The translations under genes were made by a program, and so were the position numbers. Positions 50,122 to 62,475 of a stretch of 64,000 bases of DNA are shown piece after piece (within the stretch, counting starts at the first letter, position 1; every line of letters starts with the position of its first letter). The notes beneath the pieces were generated by a model. It made no database searches. It had not been told where the DNA came from and saw only the letters and a list, made by a program, of their open reading frames with translations. Source of the DNA: Eledone cirrhosa (Eukaryota); contig OZ024744.1 of assembly GCA_964016885.1 (NCBI GenBank), positions 111,290,001 to 111,354,000 on the forward strand, given 5' to 3'.

Positions 50122-51217
50122 TTATTCATATAGCTTGAGGAATGTTCCCGTCCTTAGGTGTCTGCAGGCACCGAATAAGTCGGCCCTTCTGTTTAATAGC
50201 TTGGTTCCGCCATGAAGAATCTCGAGTGTCTCACTAAGACAGAGGTTGCAAATACCAGACCCGCCTCTGTCTGGGGCAACCTTTCTAACCACGGACCAGA
50301 CCAGAGAGTGCGGGGTCTTTTCAAGTTTGGGCTTCCAGATCAATTCAGAAAGGGCCGTACATTTCCTCTTATCTATTCTGTTAAAGGAATGGCGATGGTT
50401 ATACCACCGATCTTTGAAGCTCGTCGCTGTGGATCCTATGTAGTGGTGCTCCGAGTTAGGGGTTGTGACCTTGCAAATGTAGACCACGTTTTTCGTCATG
50501 CATTCATTACTAAGGGGGCATAGTAATGGGTCTCTGAAATTACATGACTTTTTAATCCCCACCACATGTACCGCGTGGTTACCATCACTCGGGGTTGGCT
50601 GGGTAGCCTCCGCAATGAGCACAGGGTCGTTGGGTTCTGGTGTGCTAGTTGGGCCTGTCCGGGTTCCGTTGCGTCCAGCGTGCTGGTTCTGTTGGATGGC
50701 TCCGGGGTTTACGGTGGTATTAGAGGCAGTGAGCCTATTCCTATTTATGCCAGCTATGTGCTGGGCTACGGAGCGTGTGGTTGAGTAGGAAAGTTTGACC
50801 GTGTGCCTGTTGAATATTTTATGGTACTTGTGGGCCCTAGGGAAACATTTATCCAGTACTCTAAAGAATGTTCTAGCCAGGCTGGTACGTAGACCCACCG
50901 AGTACGGAGGGTTATACCATGTGACCTTCCTGGTCCTATTCTTGCGGGGTTGTTGGGTGTCCGCCGTGGGCCATCGCGTGGTTGTGCACAGCTCAGGTCG
51001 AGCTCGGTTGGTGTCACTCGGGTGTGCGGAGCGGTCACTATCATGAGGGTTATATTGGCCCACCGTGGGGCTATAAACCTGCGAGGTGCGGCTTCCCTGC
51101 TCGATTAGGGTTCGGCGGGTGGTGGGGCCGGTGCAGGGGTGCCTATGCTCCGCACCACAGTGGTCTTCAGCGTTGTAGGTATTAGACCGGTGGGGTATGC
51201 GGGACCTTCTACCGGGG
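50122..51217 (-). CDS. Penelope-like linker plus GIY-YIG endonuclease, 5'-truncated at (TA)n, frame open
   Basis: WYNPPYS, KIFNRHTVKLSYS, VVYICK...YIGST, CNLCLSETLEIL...CRH. Confidence 0.85.
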
Positions 51218-51269
51218 TATATATATATATATATATACACATACACACACATATAAATATATACACATA

Positions 51270-52576
51270 TATGGTGGTGGCTGCCAACTCGTTTTCGAGT
51301 ACGGCCACTATTTTATATCCATGTAGGAGAACCCCTACCGATGCGCTGAACGAGTGTGACTTTTTAGTCCAGCCAGCGACTTGAAAACTCTGGTACAAAC
51401 ACTACACTTGTGACAATTATTGACACCTAGTGATGGGCCCATGGTACCATGTGACCCAAGGTGTCGTGTGAGATCACTACTTGACCTGCATACCCTTCCA
51501 CAAACATCACATGTCGTCGTCTGATGAACCCTTATAGCTCCACAGGTGCCTGCTTCCCTGTTATTGTGCACTCTCAGGTGCCATGCTCAGACAAACCCTA
51601 TTACTGGTCTCACATGTCAGGTCAGGCCGTTTGTCAGTGCCTTCGGGAAGGCCAACATGGATTCCTTTCCGGACATCTCTTTTTAGTGTCGCGTGCCTTC
51701 TTCTTGTTTCCTCAAATAGACTCTTGCCACTAGCCACTGCTTTGCTCCAATGCGATCGGTCGCGGACGCATGCTTCCCAGTGCTCACAATGAGCGCTCCC
51801 TTGATGAAGTCCTTAACGCACCTTGGGTTTGCTCGCGTTCCTTTTTCCCATTTGGAGCTCGCCATAAAGCAGCTGCTTCGGCATTCGCTTGTCATTCATC
51901 CTTACAAGATGGCCTGTCCAGCGCAGCTGATGGTTCAAAATCAAGGATTCGACACTATCACAGCCACTTCTGTCCCGAACCTCGACGTCACTGACAAACA
52001 TTTGCCAAGTTATGTCGAGGATCCGATCCGACGTAAGCAGTACTGGTGGAACCTCTCAAGTCGCTTCATCTGTCTACGGTAGACCACCCACGTCTCACAA
52101 GCATAAAGAAGTGCCGCGAGCACACACGCATGATACACTTTGAGCTTTGTCTTTACCGAAATTCCGTGTTGAGACCAGAGACGCTTGTTCAGTTTTCCAA
52201 AAGCATCACTGGTTTTCTGTATCCTGTTTGATATTTCCCCATCAAGATCGCAGGACATACTCAGAGTGCTTCCAAGATATACAAAACTGCCAACGACCCT
52301 TAGCCAAGATGTTGGGCTCACAACATGGCTTCCCAGGGGCTGGTTGGTAATGGCTACTGACTTTTTCAGGCTTATGGTAAGTCCCAATGCAGTACACGCA
52401 TTAGAAAATGCATCGACCCTTAGCCAAGATGTTGGGCTCACAACATGGCTTCCCAGGGGCTGGTTGGTACATGGCTACTGTCTTTTTCAGGCTTATGGTA
52501 AATCCCAATGCAGTACACGCATTAGAAAATGCATCCATGAGATGCTGCATATCAATCTCAGTGTGCGCTACCAGAG
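51270..52576 (-). mobile_element. BovB-like RTE LINE (family R2), 3' segment with C-terminal C2H2-like fingers and a ~120-bp tandem duplication (52294-52536)
   Basis: [28 protein letters not shown]...[17 protein letters not shown]...H and CSVCTRVFKSLAGLKSH. Confidence 0.85.
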
Positions 52577-53572
52577 AAAATCTGGTTAAAAAGATGGATG
52601 CGTTAGAGTGCGGAAATGACTGGACTTCCTTTAAGGAGGCACTTTATGGGGCATGTGCTGATGTTGTTGGATTCACAGATAAGAAGCATCAGGATTGGTT
52701 TGACCAAAATGACAAGCTTATAGACAAGCTTTTGGAGGAGAAACATATGCTCCACTCCGCATTGCTTGGTAGTGATTTAAGCACCGATCGGCAGAAGGCA
52801 ATCGCTGATAAGCTGAAGCTCGTAGAAGCTGATGTGCAACGAAAATTGCGTGAAATGAAGAATAAGTGGTGGAATGACAAAGCCAATGAAATACAACTTG
52901 CGTCGGATGTGAAGGACGTTAAGGCAATGTATAATCTTCTTCGTGAAGTGTATGGACCACCTACATCACCAGTTGCGCCTCTTAGGACAAAGGATGTCAA
53001 TCAGCTCCTTAGAGATCCCAGTCATATCCTGTTGAGATGGCGGGAACACTTTGGCGAGCTTCTCAATAGGGATTCAGAGGTTGACGAAGAGTTTATCAGG
53101 TCCATACCGGATAAGCCAGTAAAGGAAATCTTTGCTGAGCCTCCAACGATCTAGGAGGTTAAAAGTGCTGTCTGGAAACTTCAATGGTGGGAAGTCGCCT
53201 GGATTGGATGGGGCTGTATGCTGAGATTTTGAAGCACGGTGGAGAGAATCTCTTGCACCGACTTCATTCTTTGGTTCTGGATGCCTGGAACAACAATCAT
53301 GTTCCCGATGACTGGAAGGATGCTGTGATGGTTGTTTTGTACAAGGGAAAGGGAGGCAGGGATGACTGCGGAAACTATCGTGGGATATCACTGTTGTCTG
53401 TTGTTGGCAAAGTTCTCTGTAGAATTCTGTTGGACCGTCTATTGCTCCCCATTGCTGATGAAGCTCTGCCAGAGTCGCAATCGGGTTTTCGGGCTGGGCG
53501 TGGCACTGTGGACATGATCTTTACTGCCAGACAACTGCAGGAACAGTGTGTTGAGCAGAATGTGGATCTCTA
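52563..53572 (+). mobile_element. Inverted 5' segment of the R2 RTE LINE (pre-RT region and RT N-terminus)
   Basis: [55 protein letters not shown]. Confidence 0.85.
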
Positions 53573-53629
53573 CACATATATTCCATATACATACATACAC
53601 ATACACACACACACACATATATATATATA

Positions 53630-53739
<110 letters not shown>

Positions 53740-53819
53740 GATAAATCTACCAAAAGTTTACGGTAGTGTCCAATCCGTATGAAGAACTCAATGTAATATA
53801 TATATATATATATATATTA

Positions 53820-54140
53820 CAGATATGACTCCAGTTCCCCAGTGAATTAACAACCCAACAAGGAACTGGGCATATCAGAGTATTGACAATATCATACACC
53901 TAAACAACATATGTACTTGTCTATACCATACTAATTCAAACTGCCTGAAGAGGTCACAGCCAAAGATGGCTGTCACTGAAATATATATAGCAGTAATAAA
54001 CGAAGCTAAATTTGAATCATTTGACTTTTATTTAACTTTATTTTACACTACTCCGGAGTAACCAAACCAACCTGCGCACTTCGTCGAGTGCTCCAGCCTG
54101 CATACTGAGGTGTTGGTATACAACCAACATAAACTCAAAA
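53820..54140 (+). repeat. Second copy of the H5 hammerhead-bearing terminal repeat
   Basis: Reverse complement of ~39892-40212. Confidence 0.8.
53940..53994 (+). ncRNA. Type I hammerhead motif (family H5)
   Basis: ACUGC CUGAAGA GGUCACAGCCAAAGAUGGCUGUCACU GAAA UAUAUA UA GCAGU AAUAAA. Confidence 0.8.
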
Positions 54141-54227
<87 letters not shown>

Positions 54228-54242
54228 CTATATATGTATATA

Positions 54243-54421
54243 TGGTGGCTGCCAACTCGTTTTCCTGTACGGCCACTACTTTATATCCATGTAGGAGAAC
54301 TCCTACCGATGCGCTGAACGAGTGTGACTTTTTAGTCCAGCCAGCGACTTGAAAACTCTGGTACAAACACTACACTTGTGACAATTATTGACATAGTGCT
54401 GGGCCCATGGTACCATGTGAT
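54243..54421 (-). mobile_element. Short 3' end of RTE family R2
   Basis: Matches 51274-51453. Confidence 0.85.
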
Positions 54422-54658
54422 GACAAGTGCAGAGAGATCTCCAGATATAAAGCAATGCCTGTGCCGTGAAGCTTTTATAGTGAGCAAAGGCACTGCACAA
54501 AGCCAGTCCCACTCTCTTAACCAAGATGATATTTACCAAAAAGAAGAACAAGTCAACATCATTGGATACCATCAGGGCTGCAGGTGTTATATCAGAGTTT
54601 TCCTTCTCCTAGAATTCTGCCTTGACAAAGGCTAAGGGGTCATCTCTCCCGGATGTAT

Positions 54659-54730
<72 letters not shown>

Positions 54731-54883
54731 ATCCACGGTATGTTGTGGGGTCTACATACACACACATACATGTATACACATGCATGTATACATATATACA
54801 TATATATATATATACATATATATACATATGCATACACATACATATACATACATACACATACATATACATATATACACATATAT

Positions 54884-54943
<60 letters not shown>

Positions 54944-54993
54944 ACACATACACACACACATATATATATGTACACATATATACATATACACAC

Positions 54994-55050
<57 letters not shown>

Positions 55051-55131
55051 AATATACACGTACATATACACACACATGTATATATATACACATATACACA
55101 TACATACACACACACATATATATATATACAT

Positions 55132-55162
<31 letters not shown>

Positions 55163-55480
55163 CACAAACATACACAAACATCCCCATAAGCAGGTACATG
55201 TGAACAGCGATATGCATACAAACGAACGGCCACTCATACAAATACATACAAACATGTACTCATAAATAGACGCATATACACAGGCACATAAAAACAGCTC
55301 TACAAGCAGAAAATGCAGATAGGTAAGAGGTACTCACATAACCATAGTGGCCGTGTTTCAGGTGGAGGAGGGGTATGGGAAGAAGGTAGAGGGGCTATTT
55401 TGTCGGCTGACGTTTAAAAAAAATAAAATAAAATAAAAATAAAAAAAGGAGGAAGTCGTTTTCAGCCATCGGGCATTAAC

Positions 55481-55934
55481 ATGTACGTATAGATAATTAC
55501 ATTTAAGTATCAGCCGTACTAAGAGTGAGAAATGAAATTTCATTTCATTCTTTTCCATTTATCGTTTTCGGTACGCCCGGCCGACTAACTCACTCGATAT
55601 GCAAATTAGGCTGTTCAGCCGTTAATATGCATAAGGAAAGTATATACTTTCAAACGTTCAATCATCTGACAGGAAGGTATACGATGCTGACGATAGATAA
55701 TAAGCTAGAAACTAGTTCATCGTTCCTTTGTCAGTGTTGAACAAAAGGGCGACGGTTGCCGAACACTGTACGGCTTAATACGGGATGTTTGTTTACAAAC
55801 AAACCGAACATTATAATAAATGTTCGGTGAATCCATACGTACATATATATATATGTGCATGTATGTATATATATATATATACATACTACTGTACGTCTGT
55901 ATACACATATGTATGTACGTATACATACTTACAT
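55481..55934 (+). repeat. 432-nt non-coding hammerhead-containing unit bounded by a 22-nt direct repeat (retrozyme-like)
   Basis: ATGTACGTATAGATAATTACAT (55481-55502) versus ATGTACGTATACATACTTACAT (55913-55934). Hammerhead at 55681-55723, octamer ATGCAAAT at 55599-55606, homologue at 2055-2806. Confidence 0.65.
55681..55723 (+). ncRNA. Type I hammerhead motif (family H2)
   Basis: ACGAUG CUGACGA UAG-AUAAUAAG-CUA GAAA CUAG UU CAUCGU. 6-bp stem I and palindromic stem III ACUAGU. Confidence 0.75.
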
Positions 55935-55943
55935 ATATATATG

Positions 55944-56114
55944 TTTGGGAGCCCCTACATGGACACACTAGAAGAGGAAGACCAAGGTTAACATATGTTG
56001 ATGCCCTAAGGACAGACACTGGTCTGTTGGAGATGCAGGATATGGCAGCGATGATGAGGGACAGAGACCGCTGGAGAGAACTCGTCCATGGATCTCGGGA
56101 ATTTTACCCGCCTT

Positions 56115-56116
<2 letters not shown>
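55944..56116 (+). mobile_element. Short 3' end of RTE family R1
   Basis: [14 protein letters not shown]...REFYPP* followed directly by (AT)n. Confidence 0.85.
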
Positions 56117-56174
<58 letters not shown>

Positions 56175-56894
56175 AGGAGTTGATGGACCCAGCGTATTTA
56201 TCAATGTCAGGACCGGTTGTATCTCAGCGTACTCCAAGGGCAATGTAGGATACATTCCCAGAGTATACACATAGTTATTTGCTTCAATACAACACTCGGA
56301 AAACGGGTGCCTATAATAGTACCCGGACTCGAGTTTCGGCCGCACTTAATGCAGCAGTAAGGTGCACTGCACCATCCGTCTCCATATATTATGCAACAAT
56401 GCACAATCAGCTTATGCGGCTTCATCAGCGGGTATCACCTAATCAATAACCAATTGATCGACAGAATCCCAACAACTGGAACTCGATACAACTCTGTCCC
56501 TCGACCAGCCACCGATTTACAAATTTTAAGTGGTAGCGGTAGAATAGAAAACCAATCTTTTCGTTCCCGCCAAAAGCTCCCAGCCAACATATCTTACACA
56601 CAAATTATTAAGAGGTGAAAGGATGGTTATTAGAAATAGCAGTCCCACATCGATGTATAATAGAATGGTAGCATTTGGCTCATGTCTCGAAGCCACATGG
56701 CTAGAGGAAAGCGATAGTAACAATGGTAGTGCCAAGAACCTTAAACGGACTGTAAATGCGATTATCCATTATAGAGCGATATAGTAGCGGGCTGAAATGT
56801 GTCAGCCGCGTGCGTAAAAACCAATCTATTTCACAACTTAAAAGAGTGTCAGGTAAAATTAATAGCAGGAAAAAAACAAAAAACAAAAAAAACA

Positions 56895-56931
<37 letters not shown>

Positions 56932-56936
<5 letters not shown>

Positions 56937-57318
56937 AAAGTTTTATTTAAAATTGTTGGGTTACAACAAGTAAATATTTTATAACTGATATAAAGCACTC
57001 AACAAGTTTTGGAGTAGATATACGATATTAAACAAATGGAAACTATATTTATAAAACCATATTTATTTCATTATACATATTTCGGGGATACCATATTAAA
57101 AATATGGCATGCCTTCTTCAGATAAAATACAATATATAAACCAACTTCTTACATAAAAGTTGATCAATATTTATGGTACGTCAAAATTATTTATAAAACT
57201 CTTTATATATTGTATTTTATCTGAAGAAGGCATGCCATATTTTTAATATGGTATCCCCGAAATATGTATAATGAAATAAATATGGTTTTATAAATATAGT
57301 TTCCATTTGTTTAATATC

Positions 57319-57321
<3 letters not shown>
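56932..57321. repeat. Family PA terminus folded back: ~120-bp inverted arms (57021-57140 / 57202-57321), each with an H8 hammerhead (57064-57129 minus, 57213-57278 plus)
   Basis: Arms are exact reverse complements. Motif: UAUUUUAU CUGAAGA AGG-C-AUGCCAUAUU-UUU-AAUAUGGUAU-CCCC GAAA UAUGUA UA AUGAAAUA. Confidence 0.85.
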
Positions 57322-57356
<35 letters not shown>

Positions 57357-57438
57357 AAACATAAATTATCGAGAATCGCATTTCGGCCCACGAAATAACG
57401 AAAAACAACCTCCGAGATGTGTGGCAAGTGCTCAATGA

Positions 57439-57501
<63 letters not shown>

Positions 57502-57504
<3 letters not shown>

Positions 57505-57822
57505 TAATAATTGTTTCTACAATAGGCACAAGGCCAGCAGTTATCCCAGTGTATTACTGGTTCTTTATTTTATCGACCCCCGTTAGGATGAAAGGCAAAG
57601 TTAACCTCGACAGGATTTGAACTCAGAATGGCAAGGACCGTAACTCTATGCGTCAAAGCATGGCGTCCGACTCTCTACCGATACTGCCAATTCACCGCCT
57701 TATATATTAGTAATAATTGTTTCTACTTTAGGCACAAGGCCAGCAATTACCCAGTACATTACTGGTACTTTATTTTATCGACCCCGTAAGGATGAAAGGC
57801 AAAGTTAACCTCGGCGGGATGT
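57502..57822 (-). mobile_element. Tandem SINE S1 copies (full 57502-57700, 3' half 57708-57822)
   Basis: Match to 2115-2307. Confidence 0.8.
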
Positions 57823-58050
57823 GAAGACTAAATTCCAAAGATTGTGAAAGCAGCGATTCTTTGCTTAAATTTTAATCTGTTATTTTAATATATACTAGCA
57901 GAATGGCCCGGCGTTGCTCGGTATTTGCTCTAGGGTTCTTATATATTTGATATATATTTATCCTTATTGAGCCTCGTGAAATAAATACGTTTGTTTATAT
58001 TTTGTTATTGTGTATGTAAAAATATCTGTACACGAATATATAATTATATT

Positions 58051-58311
58051 AAAGTCAGCTCAAAAGTGACACAGAGGAGATTAAGGTTAGTTGGACATGC
58101 TCACCGATATCCAGAGTTGACATTGCACTCAGTGCTCCTGTGGGAGCCCCTACATGGACACACTGGAAGAGGAAGACCAAGGTTAACGTATGATGATGCC
58201 CTAAGGACAGACACTGGTCTGTTGGAGACGCAAGACATGGTAGCGATGATGAGGGACAGAGACCGCTGGAGAGAACTCGTCCATGGATCTCGGGAATTTT
58301 ACCCGCCCTAG
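58051..58311 (+). mobile_element. Short 3' end of RTE family R1
   Basis: KVSSKVTQRRLRL...REFYPP* followed by (TA)n. Confidence 0.85.
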
Positions 58312-58410
<99 letters not shown>

Positions 58411-58537
58411 GGGATTGATTACTTATACATAGACCCACTTGAAAATATTTACTATTTTATATTTTATGATACACCATACGCTATACTATATACAATCTAC
58501 CATAATGCACTATATTATATTACATTATATTATATTG

Positions 58538-58830
58538 CCAAGGTTAACTTTGCCTTTCATCCTTACGGGGTCGATAAAATAAAGTACCAGTAATGTACTG
58601 GATAATTGCTAGCCTTGTGCCAAAAGTAGAAACAATTATGGTGGATTGGCAGTATCAGTAGAGGGTCGGACGCCATGCTTTCCAGCATAGTTACGTCCCT
58701 TTACGATCTGAGTTCAAATCCCGCCGAGGTTGACTTTTCCTTTCATCCTTACGGGGTCGATAAAATAAAGTACCAGTAATACACTGGTTAATTGCTGGCC
58801 TTGTGCCTAAAGTAGAAACAATTATTATAT
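58538..58830 (+). mobile_element. Tandem SINE S1 copies (3' half 58538-58638, full 58639-58830)
   Basis: GGTGGATTGGCAGTATCAG...GAGTTCAAATCCC...GGCCTTGTGCCTAAAGTAGAAACAATTATT. Confidence 0.8.
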
Positions 58831-59581
58831 TATTATATTTTATTATCTTATTATAATTTTCATCTTTTAATATACTATCCTTCCTAGTTATGACCATTAC
58901 TTTACCTATCTATATTTATCCTAGTTATCTCTGTATATTTTATATTTACTTCTTTATATTCACCTAAAAATTACATACAACACAACTCAACATTTAATTT
59001 ATTCCTTTTTAAACTTCACTCCACCATCTATATTCCACTATCAATACAACAATCCCTTTTCTTCATAGGTTCTTCACAGTAATTCTATTTTTAACACCAT
59101 TCAACCCTTCCTTTCAAAAGGTCATGCCCTTAACTAAAGTGAGTTATATTTCGTCTTAACATCATATGGCGAAACACCATTTGATTTGTTTGTTCTTCAG
59201 CTACCTCCAAATAAGGTCATAGAACTCAATTTACTATTGATTTTGAATAAAATTGTCATTGCTTTTGACAACGACTAATGATATACACGTAGGTAAATAT
59301 ATTTCTTATTTGATATTTTGTAACTAACCTTACATAGATCGATAACGAAATATGCGTACGATGTATTATTATCACCTAGAAGCGATCGTTAAGCAGTGAA
59401 GTATATTCCTAATGACTTGTATTTTTATTTCATTGTTTTAACTTATATCATGACTCTGTTTTCCTTTTGATGTTTTATTGTTTACCGGGATTTATTTTAA
59501 CCTACAACATTTTCAACATATGGATTACATTGAGTTCTTCATTCAGACTAGACCCCACAACTAATCGTGGATATATATATA

Positions 59582-59676
<95 letters not shown>

Positions 59677-59719
59677 GGGAGGTTATAGTTCACTTGAAGC
59701 ATTGTGTAATGCGGTATAA

Positions 59720-61338
59720 ACGTTAGAATATGTGTAATAAGGCCAAGACAATGCAGATATGGACATAGAAAAAAGAATGCAATAGTGAGAGATATTGATG
59801 TGAATTCGTCTTTCACCTTGAATTTATTTAAATGTCCTTAATTTTCGAGATAATATCTCTTCTTCGGAGGAAAGTAAAGGTCTCAGACCAGCGTCTTTAA
59901 ATTTCTAATGAAGCCATGCTGACCGGAAATAGTATAGAGTATCTGTTCTAACTTTAATATCAAAGAATTAAAATTAGGTGGGTAAAGAGTAGTCTCCCTT
60001 TAAGAGGGGTTTGTTTATGTTTTGTTTTTGTTTTTGTTGTGTTGTTGTTTTTTTAAATTTTATATGCGTGCCTGTATATGTGTGGGAGAAAGCATGAAGG
60101 TGTAGGTATGTGGGTGTGTGTGTGTGTGAGTGTGGGAAGATAGGTCTAATCGTAAAAGTGGGGGATAGGTGTTATCTGGTGTTAGAACTGGTTTTGTGTG
60201 TGTATGTGTGAGAGAGAATAAGTGGAGGTGTGCGCGTGCGTGTGTGTGGGGTGTGTAAAGTGGGGCTAGAGGCTCTATCAGGTTATAAATTGGGTGTTGA
60301 GCTCTAGTCTATTATTGATTGGTGGTTGTGTTCTATCTATAATGAGTGCTTCCTTGATTCTAAGATTGCCGAGGTTTCTTTCCTTAGTTTCTATCCTAAC
60401 TGTTATGGTTTTGTCGGTGTTTTTGCATTTAACTAGGTGTTTCTTAAATGAGGAAGCGTTAGTATTGAGGTGTTCTTTTATTCTTATGTGGAGTGGTCTG
60501 GTGGTGCTACCTACGTAGAAGTTGTTGCATTTGTCACACTCTAGTCTGTAAACTACGTAAGCCTGGTGGCATAGGTCTGTGTCGTTGATGGGGCAGTTGG
60601 CTAGTCTGCAGCAGTTGTCATGTCTGGTGGAGTGTCTCTTAGCTAGCCGTCCGCGCAAAGAAGGACCCGAATGGGCCAGTTGAATATCCAGACCTTCTCG
60701 TCTGATGGTTCTGCGGATGGCTGTTGTTGTTTCTTCACTGAAGTGTGGGAGCTTCAGGAAGCAAGTGTTAGTGCCTCGGGTGTGGTGTCCTCTGTTCTTT
60801 CTGGCACGGTTTGTGGTGGATGTCGTGTATCCGTTCAGTTTGAGTACTTCCAGGAAATGTGTGGTGTGTGTGTCTCGGTCTCTGGCGTCGGTGCATTTGT
60901 TCTTGATACGTGCCAGTTCGTTCTTTATGTATCCGAACACTCTCACACACACACACACACACACATACCTACACCTTCATGCTTTCTCCCACACACATAT
61001 ACAGGCACGCATATAAAATTTAAAAAAAAAAACAACACAACAAAAACAAAAACAAAACATAAACAAACCCCTTTTAAAGGGAGACTACTCTTTACCCACC
61101 TAATTTTAATTCTTTGATATTAAAGTTAGAACAGATACTCTATACTATTTCCGGTCAGCATGGCTTCATTAGAAATTTAAAGACGCTGGTCTGAGACCTT
61201 TACTTCCCTCCGAAGAAGAGATATTATCTCGAAAATTAAGGACATTTAAATAAATTCAAGGTGAAAGACGAATTCACATCAATATCTCTCACTATTGCAT
61301 TCTTTTTTCTATGTCCATATCTGCATTGTCTTGGCCTT
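59720..61338 (-). mobile_element. 5'-truncated Penelope-like element (family PD) with ~400-bp inverted terminal copy (59720-60130 / 60943-61338)
   Basis: Near-identical inverted arms flank a GIY-YIG ORF. Confidence 0.9.
60278..60940 (-). CDS. Penelope-like C-terminal region with GIY-YIG endonuclease (5'-truncated, frame open)
   Basis: [45 protein letters not shown]...PPIN. Confidence 0.85.
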   Translation of the reverse strand: MFGYIKNELARIKNKCTDARDRDTHTTHFLEVLKLNGYTTSTTNRARKNRGHHTRGTNTCFLKLPHFSEETTTAIRRTIRREGLDIQLAHSGPSLRGRLAKRHSTRHDNCCRLANCPINDTDLCHQAYVVYRLECDKCNNFYVGSTTRPLHIRIKEHLNTNASSFKKHLVKCKNTDKTITVRIETKERNLGNLRIKEALIIDRTQPPINNRLELNTQFIT

Positions 61339-61355
61339 ATTACACATATTCTAAC

Positions 61356-61575
<220 letters not shown>

Positions 61576-61579
61576 ATTA

Positions 61580-62080
61580 AAATAAGAGATTAAAGTTTAA
61601 GCAAAGAATCGCTGCTTTCACTCTTAACGGGATCTTCTGAAACTAAAAGAATCAATCTGTGAATGCAGAAAATGAATCGCTGCTTTCACCCTTAACGGGA
61701 TCTTCTACCTAAAAGCAGTATGAAGTACACTAAGACTAACTGATGTAATCGTTGGCCTTGTTTGCTTATATTTTGTTTTTGTGTATGCAAAAATATCTGT
61801 CAGTGATGTATGTGATTATGTAATCGCCAGCCTTGTTTGTTTATATTTTGTTTTTGTGTAGGCAAAAATATCTGTACACGAATATCTATATTAAAATAAC
61901 ATATTAAAATTTAAGCAAAGAATCGCTGCTTTCACCCTTAACGGGATCTTCTGAAACTAAAAAAATCAATATGTGAACGCAGATGTAAATATTTCGAAAA
62001 ACGTTGCAACCGAAGGAAAACAGGAAGACGATACTTTGGTTCGTGAAGACGTTCCCTGGCATAAGAATATATATATATAC
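61580..62080 (-). repeat. Three fragments of the terminal repeat of the 3262-5390 Penelope family
   Basis: GAATCGCTGCTTTCACCCTTAACGGGATCTTCT occurs near 61606, 61674 and 61920. Confidence 0.7.
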
Positions 62081-62229
62081 ACACACACTATATATACATA
62101 TATACACACACATACTGATCGCGTCATAATGACGTAATGCAGACAGTCAGGCATACAGACAGATATTATAAGGTAGCGACGTCATATCTATGTGTCTATC
62201 TAAAAAGAGAAAGACTAAGAGAGAGAGAA

Positions 62230-62399
62230 AGAGATCGCTAAATCGCCTAATGCAATCATTGAAAATTTGAATTTGTTTTTGCTCAGAACACTCAATAGGA
62301 CCATAAGTATTACATGTGTAAAGTTTGAAAACAATCGGTTGGGTGTTTCTCGAGTTTTAGTGATTGTACAGACAGACAAAGAGACATTCTCTGTTTTAG

Positions 62400-62402
<3 letters not shown>
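62230..62402 (+). mobile_element. Possible non-autonomous Helitron/Helentron-like terminus
   Basis: AAGTTTG...ATCGGTT...ACAGACAGACAAA...TTTTAGTAATATATA resembles, from memory, invertebrate Helentron-associated repeats. TACTAGCAGAATGGCCCGGCGTTGCTCGG at 57893 resembles the other end. No second copy in the window. Confidence 0.3.

Positions 62403-62472
<70 letters not shown>

Positions 62473-62475
<3 letters not shown>

Noticed and set aside
54422-54652. Possible coding fragment fused to the short RTE end
   Set aside because: Stops occur in the candidate frames and no motif could be assigned with confidence.
56395-56432. Minus-strand CTGATGA-AGC...GCT
   Set aside because: It is followed by GATT rather than GAAA, so it is not a hammerhead core.
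56170-56870. Moderate-GC stretch with several short ORFs
   Set aside because: No recognisable motif, repeat partner or structure. Left unannotated.
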